From an uncultured Acidobacteriota bacterium (GTDB lineage Bacteria > Acidobacteriota > Terriglobia > Acidiferrales > UBA7541), in the NCBI GenBank assembly GCA_963719875.1, contig CAVRDJ010000001.1, forward strand, positions 186 to 64,185: 64,000 nt of DNA, in the 5' to 3' direction. Every line of letters begins with the position of its first letter. Position 1 is the stretch's first letter. Both the position numbers and the translations under genes were made by a program. Positions 19,264-29,900 of the stretch are shown here, piece after piece. Below the pieces are notes generated by a model. The model did no database searches. It saw only the letters and a list, made by a program, of their open reading frames with translations, and was not told where the DNA came from.

Positions 19264-19578
19264 ACTAGATTCAAACTGAACTTCATGGAGCCATTCGTTT
19301 GACTTACGGTTAAGAATAAAGTTTCACATTTTCCGGAGCCTGAGATTTATTCAATCCGGCAGGCCGGAGCGTCACGGAGATGCGCGTAAGGAGCGACGAC
19401 GGACCTGGCCACATGTCAGTCCCGCCGTCACACCTTGCTGAGATTTACCAGATAGCCCTCAAAGAAAGCTGAATTCCACGCGGATTGTTTGACACAGTAT
19501 CCAGCGCGCCCGCATTGGGAATTGGGGCCCCACTCAACGTGAACGGGGCTTGGTTCGCGTAGCCCGACGTGCAACCGT

Positions 19579-20064
19579 TTATTTGGCACGTGCTGGTCGG
19601 AGGGCTTCACCTGCGCTCCAAATGGCAGCGCCAAGCAAGAAGACATCCTTCATAATGAAACCCTGAGTGCCAGAGTCCAAGCCAGGCGTTGTCACAAGAA
19701 AACTTAGAGTCGTAAGAAACATGAGGATGGCGCCGGCACTGCCTACAGCGCACAGCTTCGGCGACCAGTGGCGGATAGCGATCAATAATCCGATTACCAA
19801 CTCCACGATGCCAATTAATTCCGAACCCCTCTGGATGTTCATGACTTGGTAGATCCATGACAGGAAGGGGCTGTGCGCTACCAGAGGGTGGATGCCTTCA
19901 GCTTCGGCTGCCGTCCATTTTTGGGCGCCGAAGAACAGCAACGTCAGCACGAGGCCGTAGCGCAGAATTAGAGTTCCTGTAATTTCGAGTCTCGTCGCGA
20001 TTGTTAAACCCTTCTCCGCGCTGCTGCTGGGGAAGGGCCTTGTTGCAGTAATGAGTTCCTCCAT
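19579..20064 (-). CDS. DUF417 (YkgB-like) membrane protein
   Basis: LRYGLVLTLLFFGAQKWTAAEAEGIHPLVAHSPFLSW...GIVELVIGLLIAIR. I prefer the ATG at 20064 with an AAAGGAA RBS over the GTG at 20109. Confidence 0.75.
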   Translation of the reverse strand: MEELITATRPFPSSSAEKGLTIATRLEITGTLILRYGLVLTLLFFGAQKWTAAEAEGIHPLVAHSPFLSWIYQVMNIQRGSELIGIVELVIGLLIAIRHWSPKLCAVGSAGAILMFLTTLSFLVTTPGLDSGTQGFIMKDVFLLGAAIWSAGEALRPARAK

Positions 20065-20246
20065 CGAAGTGTTCCTTTCTGGTTTGCTCAGTTCGTACGT
20101 TTCGCGCACCCATCAAAACGAGCATCAGTACTTTTCTAGGATGAACACGGCTGCGAAAGGTTTCACCATCGCTGAAACATTTCTTGCGATCGGAATCGGA
20201 TTGAAACCTTTTCATGCGTCGGCTATCGAACGGGCAGGAGGAACTT

Positions 20247-20723
20247 ATGAAAACTAGAAAGACCATCAGCATCCTTGGTTTGTTGCTTGCACTCGCAATC
20301 ATCCTGCCTACTACTGCACGAGCAGATGAATACGATCAGGCCTCTCAACTCACCTTCAGCCAGCCCGTCCAGATTCCTGGACGCGTTCTGCCAGCGGGAA
20401 CCTACTGGTTCGTGCTGGCCAACACGTCGATTGGTAACCGGAACTTCATTCAAATCTTCAATTCCGATCGATCAACACTGTACGCGACAATCGGCACCAT
20501 AACTGCCGAACGCGTCCAGCCACTCGACCACACTGCGCTCACTTTCGCGGAGCGAGACTCGATGCAACCTAGCGCCATCGTGACCTGGTTCTATCCGGGG
20601 CGTAAGACCGGCCATGAATTTATATACCCCCCGCAGGACGAGAGGGAGCTTGCATCGGCCAAACACGAGACCGTAGTGGCCCGAGCACCTGCCACGCACC
20701 AAACAGCAGTGGCTGCGGACTAA
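20247..20723 (+). CDS. hypothetical secreted protein (paralog of 35991-36467)
   Basis: AGGAGG RBS and signal peptide MKTRKTISILGLLLALAIILPTTARA. I recognise no family. Confidence 0.7.
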   Translation: MKTRKTISILGLLLALAIILPTTARADEYDQASQLTFSQPVQIPGRVLPAGTYWFVLANTSIGNRNFIQIFNSDRSTLYATIGTITAERVQPLDHTALTFAERDSMQPSAIVTWFYPGRKTGHEFIYPPQDERELASAKHETVVARAPATHQTAVAAD

Positions 20724-20755
20724 TTCATATCCACCACATTCCAATCGTCCAGTTG

Positions 20756-20793
20756 CTGGCGGTGGCGAAGTGCCACCGCCGGCGAGCGTTTTT
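20756..20793 (+). terminator. rho-independent terminator
   Basis: CTGGCGGTGGC-gaagt-GCCACCGCCGG, then a T-run (cgagcgttttt). Confidence 0.65.
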
Positions 20794-20890
20794 AGCGACA
20801 CACCGCTATTTTCGCTGGAACATCCTTTTGAGCTATGCATCCGATTTGAAACTTTTACTCGAGCCAGCTATCCAAAGGGCATAAGACACC

Positions 20891-20953
20891 TCGCCAGAAC
20901 CCTTCCACCAACGGTCGCGGTCGCGGTGGTCGTCGCCTGTGCGATGGCACTCC
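20891..20953 (+). pseudogene. 5-prime remnant of a DUF255/thioredoxin-like gene (paralog of 36630-37217)
   Basis: It aligns with the first 21 codons of 36630-37217, but the start is ATA instead of ATG. Similarity stops at 20953 and resumes at 24169-24233. Confidence 0.55.
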
Positions 20954-21448
20954 CGGGACTTCGCGTCATATGCTTCCTGCGCTTGTCCAGGCGCGGGTTT
21001 GTAATGAAAACGGACGCTCCGGACCTTTTCATGATGAGGGATAGGCCGCCGGCGCCGGTGGCGTTCGCGCCGCGAATGGCGGCTCTCCGGTCGCCTTCGG
21101 CTCCCTGCGATCCGTCATTCGCAAACCCCCTTCCGTCGGAGGTTGTGCTATAAACTGTGTCACACACCGTGGTACAAAAACTCCATCAGGTCAGGTCGGC
21201 GGCTCTCTAACAGTAGACCGAATCACCAGATAAGTCCTGTCTGGGGCTGTGGTGTGCCCCATTGCTTCTGTAACACCAACGTAAAAATTAGTGAAGTTGT
21301 GTAACCTTTTCTGCTTTGAACGCTCCAATGTGTGGCCGCGTTACCTGATGGCTTCGCGTTCTGTCGCTGGTCGGTCTTCTCTTGCGGAAGGTGAGTGAGA
21401 GTGTATCTGCGGCAAATCCAGGATTGTCCGAACAAAGGAGAAAACTTC

Positions 21449-22054
21449 ATGGAACTGAAACAGATACTGAATGGGTCCGCACGATGGTCGCGGCTGTTCG
21501 TGGCTGTGGTAGCTATTGCACTCGCCGCGAGCGTGTCGCTGGCCGGACTCCCGCAAGTACTACGCGCGCAGAACTCGAACTCGTTCCAGAACCCAAGCGT
21601 CGTCTTGCCGCTCATTCACTGTTGGTACAAGGGCAAGGTGGCCTACTACATTCAAACTGAAGCATCGGATGAGGCTCTCGCACAACAGCAAAACGTCAAT
21701 TATGTTCCTCGGCTCTCAAATGCAATTGCGGCCGGCGCGGTGGATGACATCTATCACGTCACAAATTTCAATCAAGGAAACGTGATCCCTTCGGCCCCAA
21801 TCCCTGCGGGCCCAACCAACACTGATCCCAATTACACGCCGATTTGGCAGCTCAGCTTGGTCACCTGGAAATCCGGAACCGCTCCGCACGTGCTCAAATC
21901 CGAAGAAGAGGTATTGAACGCTCAGTCTCAGAATTTGCTCGACATTGTGAAGACCAACATCGTTATCAACTGCCCTGTGATTTATACGCCGGCAGGTGGT
22001 CTCCTTCCAACTGCCAAGATCATTGGCGACTACGAAAACCAGAGCAACCGATAA
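21449..22054 (+). CDS. hypothetical secreted protein
   Basis: AAAGGAG RBS and ATG at 21449 with a signal-like segment (LFVAVVAIALAASVSLAG). I recognise no family. Confidence 0.6.
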   Translation: MELKQILNGSARWSRLFVAVVAIALAASVSLAGLPQVLRAQNSNSFQNPSVVLPLIHCWYKGKVAYYIQTEASDEALAQQQNVNYVPRLSNAIAAGAVDDIYHVTNFNQGNVIPSAPIPAGPTNTDPNYTPIWQLSLVTWKSGTAPHVLKSEEEVLNAQSQNLLDIVKTNIVINCPVIYTPAGGLLPTAKIIGDYENQSNR

Positions 22055-22060
22055 GCGAAC

Positions 22061-22107
22061 GAAGTGCGGCCCGGTGCAGAACCTAGGAGGTTTCCGGGTC
22101 GCACTTC
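22061..22107 (+). terminator. possible terminator hairpin
   Basis: GAAGTGCGGCCCGG-19 nt-CCGGGTCGCACTTC followed by ttcatttc. The loop is large, so the call is weak. Confidence 0.45.
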
Positions 22108-22497
22108 TTCATTTCAGATGTCAACGCCTTTGACGCTCGAGCCGCGGAGCTCAAGGCCTTGCGCAAAAGTCATGCGCTCGACTGCGAGCAGCCCTTCGAC
22201 GCAGGCTGCTTCCGCAGCGAAGTCATCGCCCGGCACCCGCGTAGTTATCCGCGCGAGGAACTGAACGACCCTCGGCTATGCGCCCGCCAACCACCGAAAG
22301 CGAAGATACGAGCGGTATCCTGATTTCGATGACGACGATTCCAAAAACGTTCAATATCGAAAACCCTCTCTGGTGATCTAGAAAATGAACCCATTCAGAC
22401 TGTTTAGATGGAATGCCCAAAACACCCCTTAATTGCCATTTGCGCTTTTGGAGGATCAAGCTGGACCAGTATCGCTGATTTACACTAGTTGGAGAGT

Positions 22498-23835
22498 CTA
22501 TTTGTGGCGGATGTCCATCGGTGCGCGGATGCGATCGAACGGCAGAATTCGGAGTTGCCACTTGACCGGGACAGAAGCCGGCAAGTAACAGATCGTTTTG
22601 TCACATGCCTGGTACTCGAGCTTCCCCGAGATGGTGACCACCTTGCCTTCTTTTCCAAGTACACCCAAGGCGCCCCCCGTGCTTACCTTGGCAATCTGGC
22701 TAATACGGAATGTACCCTCAAACACGGCCACCTTCTCCTTGATTGCCGGAAGATAAAGAACTTGCGACGCCGGGTAAACCGCCGGGTCGAAATCCAGTTC
22801 CGGGATACGGTCGAGCACGAGCCGAATCGGCTTATATCCCTGAGCGCCCGGCGCATAGACGTGCACATCCGGGGGTAGACGGACTTCGGCCACCAGGGTA
22901 ATGTTCGTACCAGAGATGCCTTCGGGATCCGACTGTTCGAGCGCCACTTGAAGATGCGGCGCCTCGACGATTCCCGTGACTTCCTCGCCCAACTGCGGGA
23001 ACAGTTTCAAAACAAGGCTGTTTCCGGTGAGCCTTTCCCGGTACTTGGGGTCGAAAAACTTTTCTCGTATGATCCCGTTGGGATCGATAAAGAAATATCC
23101 TGGGCGAGCGTAGCCCGTCTGCATGCCAAAAGCTTCTTCATTCAGAACGCCGTAAGCGCGGATCGTTTTCGAGTCCAGGTCCCCGAGCAACGGATATGTG
23201 ATCTTTTCTCGTCCGGAGTAAAACTTCAGGATATCCAGGGAGTCGTAGCTGATCGCGGCGAGCTTGACTCCTTCCTTCTCGAATCGCGGGATTGCGCTTT
23301 GCAACTGGACCAGCTGCTCTTTGCAGAACGGTCACCAATCCGCCGAACGGAAAAAGAGCAGGACAGTGCCCTTTGGTCCCTTCAGCGTGTCCAGAGTTTG
23401 CATGTGGCCGAATTGGTCGGGAATCGAAAACGCGGGAGCTTTCTGGCCCACCGCCAAGCCGATTGACATCGGTCCGACGACGGCCTTCTGAATCACATCG
23501 CCATTGAGGATGCCCTTGACGGTCACCGCATCTCCCAAATGAGCGGCAACGGGCCCCTGCGGGTCAACTTCGTACATGACGCGGGTCGTATCGTCCAGCA
23601 AAGACAGCTTCGCGCCGGGCTGGTCCTTATAGCAGTCGGGAATTTCCATGAACGCTTCATCAGCGTTGCAGGCGCTGGACACAAGGATCCCGGACCACAC
23701 TCCGGGACTAGTTGTATTTCCCTGCGCCGCTATGGCTAGGGCAGCCGCAAAATGCAGTGCGGTCGTGGCAACGAGAATGCGTTTTGTGAACGAATTAAGC
23801 CGACGCATTATTCTTGGGCTCCACTTCGTTTGCAA
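22498..23835 (-). CDS. candidate selenoprotein: secreted peroxiredoxin-like (AhpC/TSA-redoxin, U-P-F-C) fused to a DsbD-N/DsbC-like domain
   Basis: ORFs 23332-23835 and 22498-23304 share one frame and are joined by a TGA (23332-23334) plus 9 sense codons. Read-through gives LLFFRSADW-U-PFCKEQLVQLQ...VKLAAISYDS. The C-terminal part carries KLEYQACDKTICYLP. A signal peptide is at the N-terminus. Confidence 0.6.
23301..23317 (-). promoter_or_regulatory. SECIS-like hairpin downstream of the in-frame UGA
   Basis: mRNA positions +18 to +34, counting the U of UGA as 1, read GCAGCUG-GUC-CAGUUGC. This is a 6-7 bp stem with one G-U pair and a GGUC-containing apical loop. UGC (+10 to +12) and GCA (+40 to +42) can extend the base. 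Confidence 0.4.
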
Positions 23836-24168
23836 GCTGGCAGCAATTTACGCCTGACGCTCTAGTGAGGCAAGGATTTTGTTCGTGCTGGCGCTAAACC
23901 TAAAGAGCCACTCACTTCAGTTTCGCCGCAAGCTTGGTGATTCCAGCCATTGCACATTGTTCGTCAGCGCTTCTGCTTCTGGTCAAAACGCCTGAGTCCT
24001 TGCCCGGTGGCGGTTCCGCAGACCCACTCACACCGACGGCTCCGACACGTTCTTTCCCAGCCCAGATCCGGACCCCACCGGGTAGTCCGACGGTTCCTGC
24101 AACGGTGAACGCGGGCAGTGGAAGAAAGGCCGAATAGCGTGTCTGCTCAGCGGACGTGCGCCTGTAGC

Positions 24169-24233
24169 CAGAATCATCTGCCCGCTGCTCAATCTGCTTA
24201 TCTGGACAGCACTCAGAGAGAGCGAGTCGATTC
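24169..24233 (+). pseudogene. second remnant of the split DUF255-like paralog
   Basis: cagaatcatctgcccgctg..c..tc.gcttatct.gacagc.ctcaga.agag.gagt.gatt aligns with 36729-36796, which encodes QNHLPAGQSAYLDSAQKERVDW. The sequence diverges afterwards. Confidence 0.55.
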
Positions 24234-24748
24234 GTGTAGTTCGCATTTCCCGGACTATACGCGAGCGCCTTCAGCGGATTCGAACTTGTTGCTTGTCAGG
24301 CTGGGAATCGATCGCAAGGGCTACGAAATCTCGTGATCGACATCGTGGATCTCCACGAAATTTCGTGCCTTCTTCCGGAATTTCGGGTTGGTGCAGTTCG
24401 GGCTCGTCATTGCTGCTTGTAAACACCTCAAAATCAACATCGGCTTAACACCGCAGTAGCCCAGCACTTTGGCGTATGTCTTGCTCCTATACTACAAAAG
24501 ATTCGGCGTGGAGAGGATCCACAGTGATTGTGCAGACCCACGCCCATGACGTGACTATCGTCTGGAGGGTCTCAGGTCAAAGGCGCTATCTAAGGTCCAA
24601 AGCAAAAACGAGTGCAATCTATAGTGTGCGGTTTCGAATTGAAGGCTGGAGCGCTGAATAAATCTGAGTCATGTTCCCGCGAGGGCTGATCCCAATCCGA
24701 TGGCATCACAGTCCGAAATCGATCAGAAAATCCATGTTCAAGCAGTGA

Positions 24749-25543
24749 ATGGGAATGATCATGCCCCCTCCTGGTGATGAGTTTTATTATGCGCGCATCG
24801 TTGAGCGGAGGGACATTTCAGAAGGTCTATTGGTGGTGCAAGTGGATCCAGGCGGGGATTTTTCGTTCGTGCCAGGTCAATACGCGACACTTGGCGTCTT
24901 TGCTCCCGGAAAACATTATGAACGCGCGTATTCGATTGTTTCCGCACCACACGAAAGGTTCATGGAATTCTTCATCGAATTAGTGCCGCACGGCGACCTA
25001 ACGCCGCGGCTTTTCTCGCGCCGCGTCGGCGAAGAGCTCACTCTTCGGAAGAACGCCAAAGGTCGCTTCACACTCGATGCCACCAGCAGCCGAACGAACC
25101 ATCTTCTGGTTGCAACCGTAACAGGAGTGGCCCCCTTTGTCAGTTATGTGCGATCTCTTTATCGACAGTGGAAGGATGGAAGCTTTGCCGGCGAGCACAA
25201 ACTGTTCTTGCTCGAGGGCGCCAGCCGTTCCTGGGAGCTAGGCTACAGCGAGGAACTGCAACGGCTGAGCAATGAAGTCCCATGGTTTTTTTTCTCGCCG
25301 ACGATTAGCCGCCCTTGGGACGATGTTGATTGGAAGGGCGAACGAGGACGAGTCGACGAAGTGGTCCGAAAGTACGCCGATCATTGGGAATTGGCTCCCG
25401 AAAACACGACCGCGTATCTCTGTGGCCACCCTACCATGGTTGACAATGTCAGGGGCATTTTGCACCGCAGAGGATGGCAAAAAAACAGCATCAAGGAGGA
25501 GCTCTACTTTATCTCGGCCAAGAAGGCTGCACGCACCGGCTAA
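24749..25543 (+). CDS. ferredoxin-NADP reductase-like FAD/NAD(P)-binding oxidoreductase
   Basis: 264 aa with an RAYSIVS FAD-binding motif, GVAPFVS NAD(P) motif and C-terminal YLCGHPTM, the plant-type FNR-fold pattern. Confidence 0.75.
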   Translation: MGMIMPPPGDEFYYARIVERRDISEGLLVVQVDPGGDFSFVPGQYATLGVFAPGKHYERAYSIVSAPHERFMEFFIELVPHGDLTPRLFSRRVGEELTLRKNAKGRFTLDATSSRTNHLLVATVTGVAPFVSYVRSLYRQWKDGSFAGEHKLFLLEGASRSWELGYSEELQRLSNEVPWFFFSPTISRPWDDVDWKGERGRVDEVVRKYADHWELAPENTTAYLCGHPTMVDNVRGILHRRGWQKNSIKEELYFISAKKAARTG

Positions 25544-25760
25544 GCCGTCCTGTCGATGGGGCGCTTGGCGCCTCCCGGATTGACAGCCTCCGGAGCGTTC
25601 GGAACACCTTGCTGGCAGCTACCCGAATATCTGGTCGACCGCCTTTACCTCGTGTTTTCGTTTTTGGAAATCTATCAGTATCCGACAGGTTGAGAGGCAG
25701 CCTGCGCCTCAACCGTATTCGGAAGGCTGAACGCTGATTCGGTCAATAGGAGAGCGTCGC

Positions 25761-26687
25761 GTGAATAATGTGATCATTATCGGCAGCGGCTGCGCGGGAA
25801 TGACGGCTGCCATTTACGCTGGGCGCGCCAATCTGAAACCTGTGGTGATCGACGGGCTGGAACCCGGCGGCCAGCTTGCGCTAACGACAATGGTTGAGAA
25901 TTGTCCCGGATTTCCCGACGGCATTCTGGGCCCGGACCTGATTGAAAATATGCGCAAGCAGGCGCTGCGCTTCGGCGCGGAATTCAAATCCGGCGCGATC
26001 TCGGACGTCGATCTCAGCAAGCGGCCGTTCAAGATCACCGCGGGTAAACAGACTTATGAAACTCAGGCGCTGATTATTGCCGCCGGCGCGACCGCGCGCC
26101 TCATGGGGCTGGAGTCCGAGCGTAAATTAATCGGCTACGGCGTTTCGACGTGCGCCACGTGTGATGGCTATTTCTTCCGCGGCAAGGATATTGCCGTGGT
26201 GGGCGGCGGCGATTCGGCCATGGAAGAAGCGAATTTTCTTTCGCGGTTTGCCAGCAAAGTGTATCTGGTTCACCGGCGCAGGGAATTTCGCGCCTCTAAA
26301 ATCATGGTGGACCGCGCGCGCGCCAACGAAAAAATTCAATTCGTGACTCCTGTGATCGTCGAAGACATTTCAGACGTGACCAAGGGCGGCGTGGAAAACA
26401 TGACCCTGCGCAACGCGGAGACGAATCAGGCCTCAACGCTTCCGGTGTCGGGAATCTTTATCGCCATCGGCCACGTTCCGAACACCAAGGTGTTTCGGGG
26501 CAAGTTGGACATGGACGAAAACGGTTACCTCATCACACATCACGGCAGCCAGACCAAGATTCCCGGCGTTTTCGCCGCCGGCGACGTGCAGGACCACCAC
26601 TACAAGCAGGCGGTCACCGCGGCAGGCTCGGGTTGCATGGCCGCGATCGACGCGGAGAAATTTCTCGAGATGCGCGCGGACGTCTGA
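25761..26687 (+). CDS. trxB: thioredoxin-disulfide reductase
   Basis: 308 aa from a GTG start with GSGCAGMTAAIYAGRA, the redox-active CATCDG, VVGGGDSAMEEA and GVFAAGDV. Confidence 0.9.
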   Translation: MNNVIIIGSGCAGMTAAIYAGRANLKPVVIDGLEPGGQLALTTMVENCPGFPDGILGPDLIENMRKQALRFGAEFKSGAISDVDLSKRPFKITAGKQTYETQALIIAAGATARLMGLESERKLIGYGVSTCATCDGYFFRGKDIAVVGGGDSAMEEANFLSRFASKVYLVHRRREFRASKIMVDRARANEKIQFVTPVIVEDISDVTKGGVENMTLRNAETNQASTLPVSGIFIAIGHVPNTKVFRGKLDMDENGYLITHHGSQTKIPGVFAAGDVQDHHYKQAVTAAGSGCMAAIDAEKFLEMRADV

Positions 26688-26989
26688 ACTGGCGCACGCT
26701 CTCTGGCAGATAAATCTATAGGGGGGAGCTGTCCATGTCAGGAATGAAAAAGCGTGCTTTGTCATCGCCTTGGCTCATGTCGAGATGCACCGGCCAAATC
26801 GCCCCTGAAAGGGCAGGCGACCCACAAAAACACAAACCAAGCAGAAATTAAATGTGACTCTGTAACTTAGCGTTCCGAGTATCTCGACGCGAGGGTGCTT
26901 GCCGAACCTTCCAGCATTCGTCGATTGGAAAGTCGTTATTTGTAACGGCTTCTTTTGGGGTGGAGTTTCGATCGAACTAAGGAGGCAGG

Positions 26990-29900
26990 ATGAAAAATGG
27001 AGATTTGTGTCCGTACATTGATATTACTCGTCACGATCAAAATGACGAAAAGGTTTACTGCCCACAGGGAGCCTGTAGACCGGTGAAGGTGTGCGACGCA
27101 AGCTTAAGCAAAGCGAGCGTCTTGCTTTTCCTGCTTCTAGTCCTTGCGATCGTTGCACCGACCACGGCTCTTCACGCGCAAGTGTCTGGAGCGACCTTAG
27201 CCGGCACGGTCACAGATCCCTCGGGCGCCGTCATACCAAACGCCGAGTTGTCGATCCAGAACGTGTCCACGGGAGTAACGCGGAAACTGACCACGGATTC
27301 GGCCGGTTTTTACTCGGCTCCCAATTTAATGCCAGCGACGTACGAAGTTATGGTTACGGCGGCTGGCTTCGAGACGACAATTCGAAAGGGAATAACACTG
27401 ACAGTGGGCGCGCAGCAAGTAATGAATATCTCCATGAAAATTGGCGGCTCGACTCAGCAAGTCGAGGTCACGACTGGAGTTTTGGGCGTCGAATTGGCTT
27501 CGTCCGAGATTAGCGGAGTCGTTACTCAGAAGACCGTCGTGGATCTGCCCTTGAACGGGCGCGACTGGACCCAACTTGCCACTTTACAAGCTGGCGTCGA
27601 TTCGCTCGGTTCGGTGCAGACGGATGCCGGCACGAAGGACCGTGCGCGCAGAGGGTATGGCGTGGAACTTTCGATCTCCGGCAGCCGCCCGTCGCAACAA
27701 AACTATCGCATCGACGGCATCAGCGTGAACGATTACGCCAACACCAGCCCGGGAAGCGTTGAAGGCGCAACCCTGGGCGTGGACGCCGTGCAGGAGTTTT
27801 CCGTTCTGACCAACAATTACGCCGCCGAGTACGGACGGACGTCCGGCGGGGTAGTTAACGCCGTTACCAAGTCCGGCGCGAACGATTTCCATGGAAACGT
27901 GTTTGAGTTCTTGCGCAACAGCGCTCTCGACGCCGCCAATTTCATCGATAACGCCAACGGTAACCCCAAGCCTAACTTCGTGAAAAACCAATTCGGCGGT
28001 TCCATTGGCGGTCCGATCAAGAAGGACCGCACCTTCTTCTACGCGGATTATGAGTCGCTTCGCCAAAGCGAGGGAATCACCACGCAGACTTTCGTCCCCT
28101 CGGCCGCTATTCGCGGGATCGGCACTGGCCCGGGAGGTGGACCGGGGCCTTCGACGGTGTGCAGCATCCCGCAGCCGACCTGCACGACCATGACGCTCGG
28201 CCAGTTCGTGGCAAATAATGGGGAGAGGATCCTGCATCCCGACCCTGTAACGGGTATCGACTCATCGGTCGTACCCTACCTCGGCCTATGGCAACTCCCC
28301 AACGCGGGGCTCGTTGGCAACGGCGACCAAGGAATTTACGCCTTTACTGCGGGCGTGTTGACCATAGAAAACTTCGGGAACATCCGAATCGATCACAAGT
28401 TTTCCGAAAAGGATAGTGTGACCGGCACCTACCAGAACGATCAAGCCATCGCGACGCAGCCGGACGCAAACAATGACGTCCTGGCAAACAACCTGACGAA
28501 CCGCCAGCTCATTTCGATTGAAGAGACCCACATCTTCAGCCCGCAATTGATTAACACTGCCCGATTTGGCTTGAACCGCTCCGTGCACACCGGAGGGGGC
28601 ATATCCGCCATCAATCCCCTGGCCGCAAATCTGGCCCTCGGGGAAAGCGCAGGGTCCGATAACCCCCAAATTGACATATTGGCAGGCGGATATAACTCCA
28701 TTCAACCGGGTGTGAATCAGGTAGAAGTCGTGAACTTCTTCCAGAATTCATGGCAAGGCTACGATGACCTGTTTCTGTCCAAGGGAATTCACAGCCTGAA
28801 ATTTGGGTTTGCCGTGGAGAACATCATTACGCTTACCGCCAACCCGGCCCCTGCGGGCGATGTCCAATTTGCGTCGCTGTACGAGGATACGCAACACGGC
28901 GGGTTGCTTCTTAACAGTCCCTTGAGCCTGAATGGCCCGGTAAACACTGTTTTTCCGCAACTCGATTTTCACACGACAATTTTCGGTGGTTACGTCCAGG
29001 ACGACGTTCGCCTGCGACCCACGCTGACGCTGAATCTGGGATTGCGTTACGAAACATCCACCGTGCCGAATGAGGTCAATGGCAGGCTCTCCGCCCTTTC
29101 GTCTCCCTTTAACCAGACCGTGCCGTTTATCGGCCATACGGTTTTCCAGAATCCCACGCGTCGCAACTTTGAACCGCGCGTGGGCTTCGCCTGGGATCCA
29201 TTCGGCAACGGCAAGACTTCTGTCCGGAGCGGCTTCGGATTGTTTGACGTCCTCCCTCTGGCGTATGAATTCGGGCAGTTTGCCACCAACGCCGCGCCTT
29301 TTATTCAGAACGGCTTTATTTCGACCACCTCCGCGACGAACCCATTAGTGCAGGGAGATTTTCCGACCATCGCATTCAACAAATTGGCCGCCAATGTGGC
29401 CCAGGGCCTCAGCGAGCGGTTTCCGTACGTTGAAAATAAGCCGAAGCGCAGCTATGTGTTGCAATGGAACCTCTCCATTCAGCGAGAGCTTTTGCCGGAT
29501 TTAACCGCGACGATTGCGTACGTGGGTTCCCGGGGCATTCACCAGCTGTTCCGGGCCGACGACATCAACGTCCCGCTGCCCACTCTGACGTCTGCCGGTT
29601 ACCTTTTTCCCGCGAGTGGCGCTCCGAAACTGAGCCCCAATGTTGGACAGATCGATACGCTACAGTGGGGCAACGATTCGTTCTACCATGGCTTGGAATT
29701 GCAAGTTACCAAGAAGCTGAGCCAGGGCTTTCAAGTTGGCGGCAGCTACACGTGGAGCAGGGCGATTGACGGAGGCGATGGGTCGATCGCTAGCGACTCT
29801 TTCGTTAACTCAATTCCGAATCTCCTCTTCTTTGCTCCCTCGACCCGGCGCGGGCCTTCCGACTTCAACATAACCCAAAACGTGACCATAAATTTCCTGT

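Larger units (their letters stand above)
19960..20953 (+). repeat. segmental duplication, copy A (partner 35704-36701)
   Basis: Collinear DNA similarity covers the 5-prime end of the DUF417 gene, the intergenic region, the secreted-protein gene with its terminator, and the first codons of a DUF255-like gene. The encoded secreted proteins differ at about 21 of 158 residues by my count. Confidence 0.8.

Noticed and set aside
20173-20187. TGAAACATTTCTTGC (also at 35917-35931) with sigma-54-like spacing
   Set aside because: The -24 element has GA instead of the near-invariant GG. Conservation between the two sites is due to the duplication.
20770-21153. 127-aa plus-strand ORF
   Set aside because: It is a chimeric read-through: an intergenic region, the DUF255-like remnant (start codon mutated) and then unrelated inserted DNA. 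It is treated as a pseudogene remnant.
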